From Lama guanicoe (Eukaryota): a stretch of 64,000 nucleotides of DNA. Position 1 is the first letter of the stretch. Each line of letters begins with the position of its first letter. Positions 61,087 through 64,000 of the stretch are shown here, piece by piece. The position numbers and the translations under genes are program-made. Under the pieces are notes generated by a model. It had not been told where the DNA came from, ran no database searches, and worked only from the letters and a program-made list of their open reading frames with translations. The stretch is taken from assembly GCA_013239625.1 (NCBI GenBank), contig MU053934.1, forward strand, positions 11,697,003 to 11,761,002. The letters run 5' to 3'.

Positions 61087-61812
61087 TTTATTGAATCGCA
61101 GTCGGTTTACAGTGCTGTGTTAATTTCTGGTGCACAGCGCAGTGATTCACTTACGCACATACATGTATATTCCTTTCCAGATTCTTTTTCATTGCAAGTT
61201 CCTACAAGATTTGAGCATAGTTCCCTGTGCTGCCCAGCAGGCCCTTGTTTATCTGTGTTATATATTGTAGCGTGTGTATCCACAAACCCCAAACTCCCAG
61301 TTTACCCCTTCCCACCCCCTTCTCCCCTCGCAACCGTAAGTTTGTTTTCTTTGTCTGTGAGTCTATTTCTGTTTTATAAATATGTTCGTTTATCTCTTTT
61401 TGTTTCGGTTCCGCATATGAGTGATACCACATGGTATCTGTCTTTCTCTTTCTGACTTACTTCACTTAGAATGATGATCTCCAGGTCCATCCACGTTGCT
61501 GCAAGTCCCCTCATTCCTTTTTATGGCTGAGTAATATTCCACCGTATGTAAATACACCACATCTTCTTTATCTAGTCATCTGTCGATGGACTTTTAGGTT
61601 GTTTCCGTGTCTTGGTTGTTGTAAACAGTGCTGCCATGAACATTGGCGTGCTTCTATCTTATCAAATTGGAGTTTTTTCTGGATATATGCCCAGGAGTGG
61701 CATTGCTGGATCACATGGTAAGTCTACGTTTAGTTTTTTGAGGAATCTCCATACTGTTTTCTGTAACAGCTGCACCAATTTACATCCCCACCAACAGTGT
61801 AGGAGGGCTCCT
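61087..61812 (-). mobile_element. Young camelid-type L1, ORF2 end plus 3'UTR
   Basis: tgacttacttcacttagaatgatgatctccaggtccatccacgttgctgca...ggatatatgcccaggagtgg...tgcaccaatttacatccccaccaacagtgtaggaggg. Confidence 0.95.
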
Positions 61813-62089
61813 TCTGTCTTTACTTAAAATGTATCTCTTGGAAATAGTTGTTCTTTTAACACAGCCTGGTTGCATTCCTTTAATTACTGTATTTACACCG
61901 TTTGCAAATAAAGTGAATATTGGTAACATGAGATTTTAGTGTAACATTTTTATTTGCCCTCCATTTCACCCCTCTAAAACTTACTTCTTTATTCACTCTT
62001 TCTTTCTGTTTATTTATTTAGAATATTTTTACGCTTGCCTATTTTCCTCAACAAGTTCCCTGTTTAAAAAAATATATACTCTTGTTTTT

Positions 62090-62400
62090 CACTTTGTGCA
62101 TTTTTAAGTATGAAATTATCTCAAAATAAAAAGTTGGAAATAATAAAGACTCCGCCTCTGGCTCCAGCAGTCACTCACGGCTCTTACCCAAGCCGGTCAC
62201 TTCCCCGCGGCTGGAAACGCTGTGCTCATCACCCAGCACCCGACTCCAGGGAGGACCCCACCCCCCCTTTTGATAACCAGCTCAGCTTTACTGTTACGAA
62301 CGGGTGGATTTCTCTTTCTTCAATGATTTATATTTTGCTATTATCGATAATTATTTCAATGTTCAAATTGCCACGGATCTGGCCCAGGCTCTGCGTCCTC
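62090..62400 (-). mobile_element. L1MC-like 3'UTR fragment
   Basis: ttcaatgatttat...attatttcaatgttcaaattgccacggatctggccc. Confidence 0.55.
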
Positions 62401-62869
62401 GGGGAGCGTCGCGGAACCCTCGGAGCAGTTTCACCCCAGGCTCTGCGCTGCGCTGCCCCGCCCGGAAGCAGCCGCCTCCCGGGAAAGGTGTTTTAAAACC
62501 AGCATTTCCTTACCAATTATGCCATTTCTGATGAGCGCCCGCCGAGTGTGGGCTTTCAAAATTCCACTGAACCGATTTAATTCTTTCGTCGGACGTCAGC
62601 CCTCGGGCAGATAAGAGACCCCCACGTACTCACATTCATTTTGGTTTTATTTAAGGGGGCTCCTTGGGGTCACACATTTCACTTTTTCATTCCTCATAAA
62701 GGCCTGATTAACAGCAGCTTCCCCCACGTCGGTCTCACTCGTGACTGTTTCTGCCTCAAGGGGGTTTTGAGGGAATTGTACCAGCAAAGTCCAAGCTGAC
62801 GATTCAGTCACTTCGAGCTGAAATCTTAACTGGGGGGGGGGAACTACAGGATTGGGGTCCCCCTGGTGA

Positions 62870-62983
62870 GCTCCTTGGACCCGATTACCTCTGTAAGGAC
62901 CCCACGTCCGAATACAGTCACATTCTGAGGTCCTGGGCTTAGGGCTCCAGGGTGAGTTTTGAGGGGACGCAGTTCAGCCACAG
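62870..62983 (-). mobile_element. MLT1 LTR 5'-end fragment
   Basis: gattacctctgtaaggaccccacgtccgaatacagtcacattctgaggtcctggg...ttttgaggggacgcagttcagcc. Confidence 0.8.
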
Positions 62984-64000
62984 TGGAGGAGTCGTGGTAG
63001 GACCCGCTTCAAGGGTGACCGCAAGTCCGCGTCCACCACCCCGGACAGAAGGCTGGGGGTGCTGCAGGGCCCCAAGCTGGCATCGGGCTCGGCCTCCCGG
63101 CCTCGGCTGGTCCCCCGAAGACTCGAATCTTCCAGGCGGGATTACACTGTCATCACTAAGGCACGTTTAATGCTTTTAACAGTAGCAGAGCAGCGTGCAC
63201 ACCCGCTCCTGGCCCCCAGCACCCTCTCCGAGCCGCCCTCTGAGCTGCGCCACGGGGAGACTGAGGAGACATTTCATAAGGGGCTCATCTAAATATTTAA
63301 CAGGAACACACGTTGGCGCTTAGAGCCGGGAAGGATGGGGGACACCGTGGTCCCCAACAAGGGTTGTCTGCACCGCGGCCGAACCACTGCATCACCGGCC
63401 TCTTGAGCTGGGTGCTCAGCCCCTGGCTGTCCTCGGGGCTCCATCTGCCCGACCCCCAGAGCAGGACAGTGGCGGGGCCCGGCCCCCACCCCGTGGCCTC
63501 CTGATTAGGAGCTGAGGGAGTCCCACTCCCTTGACCTGTGGGCCTTGCGCGTTTCGCTCCGGCGTCAGGAGTGAAGGTGACGCAACGGCTGAGAACACAC
63601 TGCAGCCCCCGCTCCTGGTGGCAGTGGCTGCCGTCTGAGCCTCCAAGCCTGCAGATCGTTCATCTCACGCCTGAGGAGTTTCCGTCTGATTGATGGCAGC
63701 CCCGGACCCTCCCCGGACCCGCGGAGCTGCACTAATCTGCAAACTAAAACAATATTAGCAAACTGTTAATGGTCCATGAAACCGCGGCACGGCCGTGGTC
63801 ACGGTCAGGACGACAGCCGCGTACCTGCGTTCCCACGCGGCGGGCGGCCAAGCCGGGCGCAACCCCCGTCACCGAGGGGGACCTGCAACTCAAATAGAGC
63901 TTAATTCTGCTAATTCAGAGCTGAGTTGGTTTGGACAGCGGCTGGACCCCGGCGAGTGGACGGATGAAGACACCACACGTGTGTGATGTGGCCCAGATGC

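Noticed and set aside
61612..61827. Protein-like [16 protein letters not shown]...
   Set aside because: It is the antisense reading of the L1 ORF2 end
1..64000. Naming a host or neighbouring gene
   Set aside because: No exon sequence was recognised, so any gene symbol would be a guess

Overview
This is GC-rich, CpG-rich mammalian genomic DNA, not prokaryotic. I found no recognisable protein-coding gene, so it reads as a large intron or intergenic stretch of a subtelomere-like isochore. The many ORFs in the track are low-complexity Pro/Gly/Arg/Ala strings expected by chance at this GC content. The only clearly protein-like ORF is a LINE-1 ORF2 C-terminal remnant (35183-35596). The repeats point to a cetartiodactyl, most likely a camelid: a tRNA-Ala-like vic-1-type SINE, eight related young L1 3' ends, and no Alu, B1, BovB/Bov-A, PRE1 or Can-SINE noticed. 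The window also has many old eutherian repeats (L1M, L2, MIR, MLT1, MER20, Charlie1, Tigger4/MER46). Two patterns stand out. (1) Several apparent CpG islands appear to be originally AT-rich L1 fossils rewritten by one-directional A/T->G/C substitution in patches of a few hundred bases, which suggests GC-biased gene conversion. (2) Short non-repeat AT-rich islands packed with homeodomain, PBX-HOX, SOX and POU motifs look like distal enhancers of a developmental gene. There is also a compact NRF1/GC-box promoter-like element near 8950 and a few candidate non-coding exons. Repeat family names and boundaries come from visual recognition and are approximate (tens of bp). I found no convincing evidence of a novel protein-based system.
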